A stretch of DNA of 64,000 bases, taken from the NCBI GenBank assembly GCA_030753015.1, contig JASMDC010000012.1:28734-92733 (forward strand). Reading direction: 5' to 3'. The stretch comes from Candidatus Undinarchaeales archaeon. Lineage in GTDB: Archaea; SpSt-1190; JASMDC01. The notes below the pieces were generated by a model. It searched no databases. It worked only from the letters and a program-made list of their open reading frames with translations, and was not told the origin of the DNA. Positions within the stretch are counted from its first letter, which is position 1. Each line of letters opens with the position of its first letter. Positions 35,851-45,255 of the stretch are shown piece by piece. The translations under genes and the position numbers were made by a program.

Positions 35851-36276
35851 ATGGAGGTCGCCCTCTCCGCCATGGACGTCGCCCGCGCGTTCCACGTGGT
35901 CTTCCTTGCCGGCGTCGCCGTTGGGCTCGTGGCCGTGCTCGTTGCAGAGCTCATCCCGGCCGTGTACGATCCCGTCGTCTCCCCTACCCTATTCGTCCTG
36001 GGAGCGATAGCCCTATCGTTCCCACCCTTGATCATCTACTTCCTTATGCGTGGGCTCGCACGGAACCTCTTGATGGTGAACACCTACGTCCTCATCTCGT
36101 TCTTCTTCTCACGGCTACGACTGGCCATCGCGTTCATTATTGGGACGACCGTGGCGACCATCGTGCTCTGTGTCCTCTACCCCCAGCAGGGACTGCCCTA
36201 CGCGCTATTCGGTGCGGGTGTGGGAATCATCGGTACGCTGACGCTACTCTGGAACGAGATGGTCTCTCCGGAGTGA
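35851..36276 (+). CDS. Hypothetical multi-pass membrane protein
   Basis: 141 aa, 4-5 hydrophobic helices. Confidence 0.75.
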   Translation: MEVALSAMDVARAFHVVFLAGVAVGLVAVLVAELIPAVYDPVVSPTLFVLGAIALSFPPLIIYFLMRGLARNLLMVNTYVLISFFFSRLRLAIAFIIGTTVATIVLCVLYPQQGLPYALFGAGVGIIGTLTLLWNEMVSPE

Positions 36277-36284
36277 GCTTGTCG

Positions 36285-37181
36285 TCACTCCTTCCGGTCG
36301 AGGACATAGTGCGTGAACACGCGCTCGAGAGACGGGTAGAGCAGACGGGTCTCCACGATCTGTGCCTTCGCCTTCTTCACGGCCTTCCGTACGTCCTCCT
36401 CCTCTCCCCGGAGTACCCGTACGGCGAAGTCACGGGGGCCCACCCGACGAGCCCCCTTCAGGTCCGGGACCTCGCCACGAAAGGTGACCTCCACTCGCTG
36501 ATCCTTCTCGATACGACGCTTGAGCTCGCCCGGAGCACCTGTCACGAGTACGCGACCGTCATCGATGATGGCCACCCGGTCGCACAGCTTGTCGGCCTCC
36601 GTGAGGTCGTGCGTGCAGAGGAGGATGGTCTTCCCTTCGGACTGCAGGTCCACGACCAGCTCGTGCATGGTGGCCCGAGTGAGTGGGTCAAGACCGGTGG
36701 TTGGCTCGTCGAGGAAGAGGATATGGGGATCATTGATCACGGCTCGCGCGAGGGCGACACGACGGGCCATGCCCTTGGATAGGATCGAGATCCGGCTGTC
36801 CATGAGCTCTTCCAGCCTGAAGCGTTCGGAAAGCATGTCCAAGCGTGCCTCGACATCGATGGGATAGAAACCGCCCATGAACCGCAGGAACTCGCCGGCG
36901 GTCATGGCGCCGTACATCGCCGTCACCTCAGGGAGATAACCGATGCGCTCCTTCACACGGATCGGTTCATCAGTCACGTCGATGCCGTCAACGAACGCCG
37001 CGCCCGATGTGGGTAAGATGAGGCCAGTGAGTATCTTGATGAGGGTCGTCTTGCCAGCACCATTGGGCCCCAGGAGGCCCACTACCTCGCCCTTCTCAAC
37101 CGACAAGGACACACCTCGGAGCGCATTGGTCGCTCCGTACGTCCTCACAAGCTCCGTGGTCTTGATCGCGGGTTCCGCCAT
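36285..37181 (-). CDS. ABC-2 type transporter ATP-binding protein
   Basis: Start MAEPAIK at 37181; GPNGAGKTT, LSKGM, LDEPTTGLDP, CTHDL, SLE.VF. Confidence 0.95.
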   Translation of the reverse strand: MAEPAIKTTELVRTYGATNALRGVSLSVEKGEVVGLLGPNGAGKTTLIKILTGLILPTSGAAFVDGIDVTDEPIRVKERIGYLPEVTAMYGAMTAGEFLRFMGGFYPIDVEARLDMLSERFRLEELMDSRISILSKGMARRVALARAVINDPHILFLDEPTTGLDPLTRATMHELVVDLQSEGKTILLCTHDLTEADKLCDRVAIIDDGRVLVTGAPGELKRRIEKDQRVEVTFRGEVPDLKGARRVGPRDFAVRVLRGEEEDVRKAVKKAKAQIVETRLLYPSLERVFTHYVLDRKE

Positions 37182-37235
37182 CCTGAGACGGTAATTTGTT
37201 GAAGATTTATATCGCTTTTGCACTGAATCCTCTCT

Positions 37236-39047
37236 GTGAGAGCCAGCCAAGTGGCGCGCATGGAGTTCTCCCTCCTCCGAGGTGAGGGCCCACTCTTCAT
37301 CAGCGTGATTGTGCTCCCCCTGGCAGCCTTCCTGCTGTACAGCGCGTTCCAGACGGTGCTCCTCTCGGAGGAACACCTCCAGGTATCGGCAGCCTTCAAG
37401 GGATTCATCCCCGTGGCTGTGTACTCGAACAACGATAATATAGTCATTCAAGCGCTCACGAACTTCACACGGTTCGAGCTGGTTCGCGCCCGCGATCCGG
37501 ACGATGCACTTGCCATGGTCACGCGTCGTCAAGTGTGCATGGCCGTGGTGTTGAAGGACTTCTACGTGGCCGTCAACCACACAGGGACCGTCCTGATCTA
37601 CACCGACATGACCAATCCCAAGACCAAACTGGCATTGCGCGATCTCGTTGACATAGTCAGGACCATCGCTCGTCCGGTGGTCAGGGAGAACCTGAGGTTC
37701 GCTGTGGAGGTAGAGGCGCCCATCGCTATAGAGACGGTGTACCCCGACGATTATGCGGATGCCCGGGACCGTCCGCTCACTACCGGGGACACTACTGAGG
37801 AGCAAGGGTTGACCGATACTGGGACGGGGGCGGATGAGGCCGAGAACGAGGGCAGGCTCGCTGAGCAGTCCATCCCGCTCAATGTAATCTTCGTGATCTC
37901 CGCGTTCCTCGTCGGTGCCTTTCTTATCAGCGGCATGTGCGCCATGTCCCTGGCCAACGAACGTGTGCGTCGCCAGGGTGAGTTCCTTTTCTCGGCTCCC
38001 ATGGAGGCCAGCGAGGTGCTTCTGGGAAAGGTAGCGCCCTACGCTGGGCTCATCATCTACATGATGGTCGCCGTGTCCGGCTACTTGGCATGGTCCGGAT
38101 TGATATCTAATCCAGTTCTCTCATTCCCCCTTCTGGGGGTGGTCGGTGCGTTACCGCTGGCCATTGCCTGTCTCATCGGGACCGTTGCCGCTTCGTTCCA
38201 CCAGCTGACCTTCCTCCTGACCTTCTCGTACTTCCTTCTATTCCTGGTGTTCGTGCTCCCGGCGTTGCTGGTGAAGCTCACACTTGCATCCTTCGTCTCC
38301 CCTGTGACCGTGCTCATCCTCCTTGCGCTCAAGGCACCGCTGATACCGGTGCGAGTGGCGATCTCTCTGACACCTTCCCTCGTCATCATACTTGTCACCA
38401 TGGCGGCCACTCGGGTGCTCTTCACGGCCGAAAACCTTCTGTATGAAGCGCCATCCCTATTGACCGTTGTCCTCTCCCTGGCCGACGCCGTCCTTGCCCA
38501 TTTCCGGGGATGGTTCGGGGAGGTGATCGTGTTCCCCTTCATTGTTGCGGTGGCCGTGTTCCCACTGGCTTTCATCGTCGAGCTCGTTTCCCTATTCATC
38601 CTATTCTCGCTCTTCTCATCCCTTACGACCTTCACACTCATACTCACCGTACCCGTGTGGGCCCTTGCCGAAGAGGTGGCCAAGTCGGCAGGAGTGTTCA
38701 TATTGGCCTATAGGAGACCTGAGGTCCGATCGCCCCTTGCCTTCGCGGCGATGGGCGCTGCCGCGGGATTGGGCTTCTTCGCAGCGGAGAAAACACTGAA
38801 CATCCTCCTCTTGGCCAACGCCGTCACCTTGGACCGCTACCTACTGGGTATCGTGCTCGTAGCCACGACCATATCGGCGGCCATACAGGCAGGCTGCTCG
38901 GCCATCTATGGGCTCGGAATCTACTTCCTCGTACGAAGACGTAACGCGATAGCGTTCGCAGCATTATTCTTCCTTGCGGTCGCTCTCCATTTTGTCGCTG
39001 ACGTGATCATCATCTCTCGCTCGCTGGGGGTGATGGGATGGGGCTGA
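37236..39047 (+). CDS. ABC-2 permease fused to a PrsW-family intramembrane protease domain
   Basis: ABC-2 motif NER...GE.L.SAP.....LLGK; C-terminal AEEVAK, GLGFFAAE and LHFVAD PrsW motifs. Confidence 0.82.
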   Translation: MRASQVARMEFSLLRGEGPLFISVIVLPLAAFLLYSAFQTVLLSEEHLQVSAAFKGFIPVAVYSNNDNIVIQALTNFTRFELVRARDPDDALAMVTRRQVCMAVVLKDFYVAVNHTGTVLIYTDMTNPKTKLALRDLVDIVRTIARPVVRENLRFAVEVEAPIAIETVYPDDYADARDRPLTTGDTTEEQGLTDTGTGADEAENEGRLAEQSIPLNVIFVISAFLVGAFLISGMCAMSLANERVRRQGEFLFSAPMEASEVLLGKVAPYAGLIIYMMVAVSGYLAWSGLISNPVLSFPLLGVVGALPLAIACLIGTVAASFHQLTFLLTFSYFLLFLVFVLPALLVKLTLASFVSPVTVLILLALKAPLIPVRVAISLTPSLVIILVTMAATRVLFTAENLLYEAPSLLTVVLSLADAVLAHFRGWFGEVIVFPFIVAVAVFPLAFIVELVSLFILFSLFSSLTTFTLILTVPVWALAEEVAKSAGVFILAYRRPEVRSPLAFAAMGAAAGLGFFAAEKTLNILLLANAVTLDRYLLGIVLVATTISAAIQAGCSAIYGLGIYFLVRRRNAIAFAALFFLAVALHFVADVIIISRSLGVMGWG

Positions 39048-40210
39048 CATTGCGTCATACCGGCCGCATGGTCAAGCATGAGCTGGCCGCCCTACTCAGG
39101 GAGCGCACCTATGTGCTCATGGTGCTGGTCCAGCTACTCATGGTGTGCTCGGCCCTGTTCTTTGCTGTCGGGTACTCGGTCATATTCTCCTCATTATCGG
39201 GCCAGCCTCAGGTCTTTCCCGACCAGACACTGGCCATCGGCTTCTATTCTACCGATTACTACAACGAGGTCCTCGATGTGCTCAGCACACAGAAGGAGCT
39301 GCGGGTCATCAAGATGCCGAGTGAAGCGGTCACACTGAAGGCGGTGCGGGATGGCAATCTCGTGGGCGCTGTCATCGTCCGCGACGAATTCCGCTATGCA
39401 TACCAGAGCGGGGACCGGATGCGGGTCTTCTGGGTGACGGAGCCCGGGAACCTCCTCGGCGCCTATGCCTCGCGCTCCGTAGCAGATGTACTGACCGAGT
39501 ACGGACGGACGATCGGTCGGGACAGAGCAGGGAAGCAAGGGCTCGTGTACGATCCCATCCTAGTTGCCGAACTGGAGGACAGTACCAACGTAAAACCAGA
39601 ACCCATCTACCCGAATCCTGCGCTCGGCTCCGGAGGCGTGATGCAGGGTGCCTTCGAGATAACCTATACTCTGGTCATCCCTCTCCTCCTTCTTTTTTCC
39701 CTGATGATCGCCACATCGGTCGTCATGGATTCCATCACCGAGGAGCTTGAGAGCGGCACCCTAACCAATGTATTGGTAAGCCCGGTGTCAACCCACGCCA
39801 TCGTGCTGGGAAAAACAATGCCCATCATCCTCCTCACCCTCTTCCAGATCCTGGTGTGGACCGCGATCCTCCGTCTCCAGGGCATCATGGTGGAGAACGT
39901 GTTGGTGGTGTTCCTTTACCTTGTCCTTGTGCTGCTCGTGTTCACAGGGATGGGCGTCATGGCCGCGGCCGTTACTAAGCGACGCCGATCGTCCCACGCG
40001 ATCTATTCGCTCTTCCTCTTAGTATTTGTGTACTACACCTTCGTAGGGGGGAGCTACGCGGAGTACTCTCCGGCCAACGTCATCACCGCGATAATATCAA
40101 ATCCCGTGGTGCTCCCTGCGGTATGGGGGCGTATCGCCCTCATGGCCGCGCTCGCAGTGGTCGTGTACGGAGGGAGCTTCCCGATCTTTCGGCGGTCGGT
40201 GATAAACTAG
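39038..40210 (+). CDS. ABC-2 permease
   Basis: DSITEELESGTL..VLVSP....IVLGK; N-terminal TM, extracellular domain, 5 further TMs. Confidence 0.9.
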   Translation: MGLTLRHTGRMVKHELAALLRERTYVLMVLVQLLMVCSALFFAVGYSVIFSSLSGQPQVFPDQTLAIGFYSTDYYNEVLDVLSTQKELRVIKMPSEAVTLKAVRDGNLVGAVIVRDEFRYAYQSGDRMRVFWVTEPGNLLGAYASRSVADVLTEYGRTIGRDRAGKQGLVYDPILVAELEDSTNVKPEPIYPNPALGSGGVMQGAFEITYTLVIPLLLLFSLMIATSVVMDSITEELESGTLTNVLVSPVSTHAIVLGKTMPIILLTLFQILVWTAILRLQGIMVENVLVVFLYLVLVLLVFTGMGVMAAAVTKRRRSSHAIYSLFLLVFVYYTFVGGSYAEYSPANVITAIISNPVVLPAVWGRIALMAALAVVVYGGSFPIFRRSVIN

Positions 40211-40211
40211 A

Positions 40212-40451
40212 CTAGTTCTTACGCTGCATGTCCGGGTCCCCCGCCTCCTCGGCGGCAGCCACGACCCGGTCCTGGTAGGCCTTGACCAAGAGCAGGAGCA
40301 TACCCAACATCATGGCCCAATAGCCGAGGCTTATTCCCAGAGGTACCTCCTTGTCCTCCAGCATCATGAACATCGGACCCACGGTGAGGACCACCAGCCC
40401 GATTAGGAATAGCCCGATACCTAGAGTTTTCAGTATGTCCATGAGATTCAC
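40212..40451 (-). CDS. Small two-TM protein
   Basis: GGAGGTGA ribosome site; two TMs; homologous to the C-terminal half of 40762-41301. Confidence 0.8.
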   Translation of the reverse strand: MNLMDILKTLGIGLFLIGLVVLTVGPMFMMLEDKEVPLGISLGYWAMMLGMLLLLVKAYQDRVVAAAEEAGDPDMQRKN

Positions 40452-40466
40452 CTCCAGGATAATTCT

Positions 40467-40796
40467 CTAGCGAATCGTCACGGCGGTGCCGTAGGCCAGC
40501 ATCTCGGCGGCGCCTGCAGCGACCATACTGGTGGTGAAGCGCACGTTCACGACGGCGTTGGCGCCAAGCCGCTCTGCGTCCTCGAGCATGCGCTTGAGGG
40601 CCTGTTCCCGCGTCTCGGCCAGCATCTCCGTGTACTCGGTCATCTCGCCACCAACGATGTTGCGTAGGCCGGCCATGATGTCTTTGCCAATCCACTTGGC
40701 CCGGATGGTCGATCCGCGGACCAGACCAAGTACCTCGGTAATCTCCTTTCCAGGTATAGTCTCAGTATTTACGACTTGTATATTCATCGTCATCAT
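40467..40796 (-). CDS. YbjQ (UPF0145) family protein
   Basis: LGLVRG..IRA....KD..AGLRNIVGGE...Y....R..A..RM...A..LGANAVV.VRF...E..AYGTAV. Confidence 0.95.
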   Translation of the reverse strand: MMTMNIQVVNTETIPGKEITEVLGLVRGSTIRAKWIGKDIMAGLRNIVGGEMTEYTEMLAETREQALKRMLEDAERLGANAVVNVRFTTSMVAAGAAEMLAYGTAVTIR

Positions 40797-41301
40797 CCTC
40801 CTTCTCAGCGTTCTTACGGTCCCTCATGGCCGCAACGAGCAGTATTACCACACCCAGGACAATTGCAGTAACCCCGAGACCGATGACCGCAGGGGTGTCC
40901 TCGGCGAACAGAGCGACCGTGAGGAACATGTAAAGTGGATAGGCAAGAAGCATGAGCATCCCTCCACCGAACAGCACAAGTCCTGCCCGCTGGATGGGAT
41001 CGGCCGGGGGCGAACTCCGGCCTCCCGATGTCGCGCTTGTGACGGTGAGTCGCTTCCCCGTGTCCAGGTAGGCGAGCACGTCGGCAGCCCTCACACCCTC
41101 GTCCGTCAGCTCGTAGCGCTTCTTGTCATCCTGATCGAGGAGCGTTCGCATCTTTTTCAGGTGGAACGAGAGCTTCGAGGTCTCGATGTCTGCATGGCGC
41201 AGCAGGGTGGAGAACGACACGGGGCCGTGCTCTGAGATGAAGCGAAGGAGCTTACATCGTAGTGGATTGTCCAGCGCCGCGAGCACCTCGTCGGTTCCCA
41301 T
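40762..41301 (-). CDS. ArsR-like wHTH regulator fused to two C-terminal TM helices
   Basis: ALDNPLRCKLL....GPVSFS.L......KLSFHLKK....YELT.EG followed by two TMs. Confidence 0.85.
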   Translation of the reverse strand: MGTDEVLAALDNPLRCKLLRFISEHGPVSFSTLLRHADIETSKLSFHLKKMRTLLDQDDKKRYELTDEGVRAADVLAYLDTGKRLTVTSATSGGRSSPPADPIQRAGLVLFGGGMLMLLAYPLYMFLTVALFAEDTPAVIGLGVTAIVLGVVILLVAAMRDRKNAEKEDDDDEYTSRKY

Positions 41302-41413
41302 GTACCTACTCTATGGTCCTCCCGGTTTAAATCCACATATGCCTGAAAGAACCGACCGTGCCAGGTCAATAAAAGTTGACAAAGGGCTTTCATTACTGCG
41401 TTATACTGGTAAA

Positions 41414-42859
41414 TTACGATAGAACTGAGTCTCCTGCACGTCGCAGACGTTCAGCACCGAGGAGCTTCTCGAGAGCGTCACGAGTGAGCTTGGGATCCGA
41501 CTTACCACCGGAAGTCTTCATCACCATCCCGACAAGGAAGTTCAGGGAGTTGACCTTACCGTCAAGGTAGTCGTCCACGGCCTTCGGGTGATCCTCTATG
41601 ACCTGCCGGGCCATACGGGTGAGCTCGTCCTCGCCAGCGATACGACCGAGACCCAATCGGCCGATGAGCTGGCGGATGGAGCGCGGCTCTGCAGCCAGCC
41701 ACTCAAAGAGCCGACGAGCGGTGAGGTCGGTGATAGTGCCGTCGCGGAAGAGCTTGAGCACCTCCACGATCTCGTCCGCCGTTATGGTAGTCTCACTCAG
41801 ACGCAGGTTGTTGTAGTTGAGCACGCGCCGCAGCTCGTCCTTGAGCCAGGCAGCGGCGGTGACCGGATCGGTCCGTTTAGCGACCTTCTCGAACAGGTCC
41901 GCAACCTCCAGGTCGAGGACCAGGACCGAGGAGGTGTACGGATCCAGGCCGTACCGCTTGACGAAACGCGCCTCCTTCTCGGTGGGACGCTCGGGGAGGC
42001 CTTCCTCTAGCCGCGTTACGAGGGCGTTGTCGATGACCAGGGGTGGGACATCCGGATCGGGGATGAAGCGGTAATCGGCGGCCCCCTCCTTCTTACGTAG
42101 AGGGATGGTGATCATCTTCGCCTCGTCCCAGTGGCGGGTCTCTCGCACAACGCGCTTACCGAACCGCTGGAACCGGCGGTGGCGTCGGATCTCGCTGTCC
42201 AGGGCACGGTACACACCCTTGAAGGAGTTGATGTTCTTCACCTCGACGCGGGTCCCCTCGCCCACTGAGACGTTCGCGTCACAACGCATACTCCCCGGCT
42301 CGTCACGGGCGACGCCCAGGTAGCTCAGGGCCAGGGAGAGGGCGCGGAGGAAGTCACGGGCCTCCTGTGGTGTGCTCATGTCCGGCTCGGTGACGATCTC
42401 TACAAGCGGAATACCAGAGCGGTTATAGTCCACCTGGCCGTCCCGAAGCTCGTATCGACCGGGATCCTCCTCGAGGTGGACCTCACGGATGCGAATCGAT
42501 GCGAACCTGCCGTCCACTCCCACGGGGAGGGATGTGCGCTGATAGTTGGAGGGAAGATCCGGATAGAAGTAATGCTTGCGCAGCATTCGGACCTCCTCGC
42601 CCTTGATCACACGGCAGCCTATGAATAGGGCGATACGAACGATCGCGTCCAGGGCCGTGGCGTTAAGACCGTTCGGCTTTGAGCCGGGTTGTGCCGTGCA
42701 TACGGGACAGATGTTGGAATTGGGCTCGGCGTCTCGATAGTCGGTGGGACAAGTACAGAATAGCTTGGTATTGGTCTTGAGCTGGACGTGGACCTCCAGA
42801 CCTATGCGGACCCGTTCCAGGGGTTCCTTTCCCGCGCCCTTGACCTTCTCGTCGCTCAT
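41414..42859 (-). CDS. gatB: Asp/Glu-tRNA amidotransferase subunit B
   Basis: IGLEVHVQL.T.TKLFC, RKHYFYPDLP, HLEEDPG, DYNRSG.PL.EIVTEPD, RCDANVS, YRFIPDPD. Confidence 0.97.
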   Translation of the reverse strand: MSDEKVKGAGKEPLERVRIGLEVHVQLKTNTKLFCTCPTDYRDAEPNSNICPVCTAQPGSKPNGLNATALDAIVRIALFIGCRVIKGEEVRMLRKHYFYPDLPSNYQRTSLPVGVDGRFASIRIREVHLEEDPGRYELRDGQVDYNRSGIPLVEIVTEPDMSTPQEARDFLRALSLALSYLGVARDEPGSMRCDANVSVGEGTRVEVKNINSFKGVYRALDSEIRRHRRFQRFGKRVVRETRHWDEAKMITIPLRKKEGAADYRFIPDPDVPPLVIDNALVTRLEEGLPERPTEKEARFVKRYGLDPYTSSVLVLDLEVADLFEKVAKRTDPVTAAAWLKDELRRVLNYNNLRLSETTITADEIVEVLKLFRDGTITDLTARRLFEWLAAEPRSIRQLIGRLGLGRIAGEDELTRMARQVIEDHPKAVDDYLDGKVNSLNFLVGMVMKTSGGKSDPKLTRDALEKLLGAERLRRAGDSVLS

Positions 42860-44268
42860 CGACCACCCTCCACCGCCGACATGGCGCGCACGAGCGTTCC
42901 TTCGTCGAAGGGTCTGCCATGGAGCTGGACTGCAGTGGGGAGGCCCTTATGCTCGCCCACTGGAACCGTTCCAGCACACACGCCAGCTAGGTTCGCGGAC
43001 ACTGTCATGACGTCCATGAGGTACATGGAAACGGGATCGTCCACGAGTTCACCGAGCTTCCAAGGGAGGCAGGGCATTGTGGCCCCTAGGAGCACGTCCG
43101 CCTTCTCTAACCGGTCGAGGAACTCCTGCCGGAGGACCGACCGTGCTCGCAGCGCTCGCGTGTACCAGGCATCCCGGTGCTCGCGCATGGTGACATAAGT
43201 GCCCAACAGTACACGACGCTTCACCTCTCTGCCGAAGGCCTGGGACCTTGTGCGGCTCACCGAAACCTCCAATCCATCGAGGTCAGCGTCTCCACGATGG
43301 CCGTATCGGAAACCATCGAACTTGGCCATAGCCGACGAGAACTCGGAGAACATGACAACGTAGTACATGGGGACAGCGTACCTGACCGATGGGATGGTGA
43401 GCTCAACGAGCTCGGCACCTGCCTTCTCGAGACGACGGCCGGCCTTCTTGATCGCCCGTGCTATCGGAGCGTCCACGCCATCGATGAACTCTTTTACCAA
43501 TCCCACCCGGAGACCATCTGCATCACCGGTGGCCGCGGTTGTGTAGTCCGTTCCGGGCTCGCTCGTTACACAGTCCGCAGGATCAGCCCCCGATAGTACC
43601 GAGAGGAGCAGAGCGGCCCCGAACACATCGGAGGCCACGGGGCCGGGGCCCTCCAAGCTCATGGCCATGTCGCTCATACCGTACCGCGATACCAATCCAT
43701 AGGTGGGCTTGATACCGACAGCACCGCAGAAGGCAGCGGGGCAGCGGATGGAGCCGCCCGTGTCCGTTCCCACGGAGAGGTCCGCAAGACCGCCCCCTAC
43801 TGAGGCGCATGAGCCCGAGGATGAGCCGCCCGGGACACGCTTTGGATCACGAGGATTAAGTGTGGGGCCGAAGGCAGACGTCTCTCCCGAGGAGCCGCAT
43901 GCGAACTCGTCCATATTCGCCTTGCCCAGGATAATGGCCCCCGCGTCACGGATGTGCTTTGTAACGGTGGCGTCGTAGGGTGCCACATAGTCGGCGAGCA
44001 TGCGCGAAGCGCAAGTCATCTGTAGACCGCGGACGGCGATGTTGTCCTTCAGCGAGATGCCGAGGCCCGCCATGGGGCCGGGATCGCGTCCTGCTGCGAT
44101 GGTCTTATCGATAGCTACGGCAGCAGCTCGTGCACCCCGCTCGTCCACTGTAATGTAGGCATTGAGCTCACTGACCTTGATGGTTTCTAAAAGCCCCTCT
44201 ACACGTTCCGCAGCTGTGACAGAGCCATTGTGTACCCCCTCTAGCCACTCACGCGTTCCCTCGACCAC
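42856..44268 (-). CDS. gatA: Asp/Glu-tRNA amidotransferase subunit A
   Basis: KDNI, GKANMDEF, PGGSSSGS, GTDTGGSIRCPA amidase signature; likely GTG start at 44268. Confidence 0.96.
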   Translation of the reverse strand: MVEGTREWLEGVHNGSVTAAERVEGLLETIKVSELNAYITVDERGARAAAVAIDKTIAAGRDPGPMAGLGISLKDNIAVRGLQMTCASRMLADYVAPYDATVTKHIRDAGAIILGKANMDEFACGSSGETSAFGPTLNPRDPKRVPGGSSSGSCASVGGGLADLSVGTDTGGSIRCPAAFCGAVGIKPTYGLVSRYGMSDMAMSLEGPGPVASDVFGAALLLSVLSGADPADCVTSEPGTDYTTAATGDADGLRVGLVKEFIDGVDAPIARAIKKAGRRLEKAGAELVELTIPSVRYAVPMYYVVMFSEFSSAMAKFDGFRYGHRGDADLDGLEVSVSRTRSQAFGREVKRRVLLGTYVTMREHRDAWYTRALRARSVLRQEFLDRLEKADVLLGATMPCLPWKLGELVDDPVSMYLMDVMTVSANLAGVCAGTVPVGEHKGLPTAVQLHGRPFDEGTLVRAMSAVEGGR

Positions 44269-44278
44269 AGTCCAGCCT

Positions 44279-44584
44279 CTATAGGTTCTTGGGGACCACG
44301 ACGTGGCCGGCGGCGAACCGCGGGGCTTGGCCTTGGATGTCCTTAACACCCTCGAAACGGCTCGGTTCGCGATCTTCACGGAGGGCATTTCGACGCCCGC
44401 TCACTTCGTGCGTCTCCTCGGCAGCGTCCTCCCCGATCTCCTCTAGTATGGAGAACTGGTTAAGGATGGCCAGGAGGTCACGCTGAATCGTGGCACGCTC
44501 CTCATCATCGAGAGCGAGACGTGAAAGTATGCCAATCCTATCCAGGTCAAGCTCGATGTCGGGCGCGGGCACGGCGGGGCGCAC
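44279..44584 (-). CDS. gatC: Asp/Glu-tRNA amidotransferase subunit C
   Basis: LSRLAL...E......L..IL..F..L...NALRED....QAP....H..VPK; first gene of gatCAB; start uncertain (44572 or 44584). Confidence 0.88.
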   Translation of the reverse strand: MRPAVPAPDIELDLDRIGILSRLALDDEERATIQRDLLAILNQFSILEEIGEDAAEETHEVSGRRNALREDREPSRFEGVKDIQGQAPRFAAGHVVVPKNL

Positions 44585-44585
44585 G

Positions 44586-45029
44586 ATGGCATCACTTAAA
44601 AATATTCCGGCGCCCCGTGGAACCGTGACACCGCTCGATAGCGTGGCAGTTGGTCTCTTCTTCTTGGACCTCGTGCTCGATGGCCTCACCACCAAGATCG
44701 TGTTCATCCTCGGGCGAGAGCGTCTTGAGGGAGATGAGAGCGGACTTCTCCACCTCGAACGGAATCCTTTCGCACGAAGCCTCATGGGTCTGGTGGGTGT
44801 GGACCGCATGCTCGTGGCCTCCCGTGTGCTGGGCGCAGTGGCCGCTGTGGCGCTCGTTTCACTGGATGGGACTACGTTCTTGCTTGGACTGGCAGCAGCC
44901 TACGCAATCGTTCCGGTGTGGAACCTCACGGTCATCCTCCATTATTTGGACGAGCCGGAGTACCTCAAGACGCGGGTACCGGCCGGAGTACACGTACGCT
45001 GGTGCCTTCGATGCGCCTCGGGCCGCTAA
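44586..45029 (+). CDS. Membrane protein, DUF5658-like
   Basis: LD.LTT......E.NP.AR.LM motif plus 3 TMs ending ..WN; start uncertain. Confidence 0.65.
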   Translation: MASLKNIPAPRGTVTPLDSVAVGLFFLDLVLDGLTTKIVFILGRERLEGDESGLLHLERNPFARSLMGLVGVDRMLVASRVLGAVAAVALVSLDGTTFLLGLAAAYAIVPVWNLTVILHYLDEPEYLKTRVPAGVHVRWCLRCASGR

Positions 45030-45071
45030 ATCGGTACGTTTAAATGCCCTCGTGTCGTACATACAGTTTCA

Positions 45072-45230
45072 ATGGGAGAGAAAGGCGTGGCCATCGGTTT
45101 CATCGACCGCCTAAACAAAAAGGTCCGAAAGACAAAGGACTATCGCGAAGGAATGGTCGAGAATAAGAAGTCAGCTGAGGAAACGGCCGCGTTGCTCAAC
45201 GTCCTCCGAGAACTCGACGAGGACGAGTGA
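45072..45230 (+). CDS. Small hypothetical protein (52 aa; not in track)
   Basis: MGEKGVAIGFIDRLNKKVRKTKDYREGMVENKKSAEETAALLNVLRELDEDE; TTTAAAT about 30 nt upstream; fills the gap before 45256. Confidence 0.6.
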   Translation: MGEKGVAIGFIDRLNKKVRKTKDYREGMVENKKSAEETAALLNVLRELDEDE

Positions 45231-45255
45231 GCACTTCCGGGACGGGGAGTCCATC

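Noticed and set aside
36285-37805. 506-aa ABC ATPase with a long N-terminal extension
   Set aside because: The extension overlaps the divergent permease; the domain starts at ATG 37181. Similar over-extended starts were trimmed for 23046, 44388, 44809, 47579, 59912 and 62866.
41376-41407. TTGACA...TATACT sigma70-like promoter
   Set aside because: Spacer is 20 nt, it points into the 3' end of gatB, and the host uses TATA promoters.
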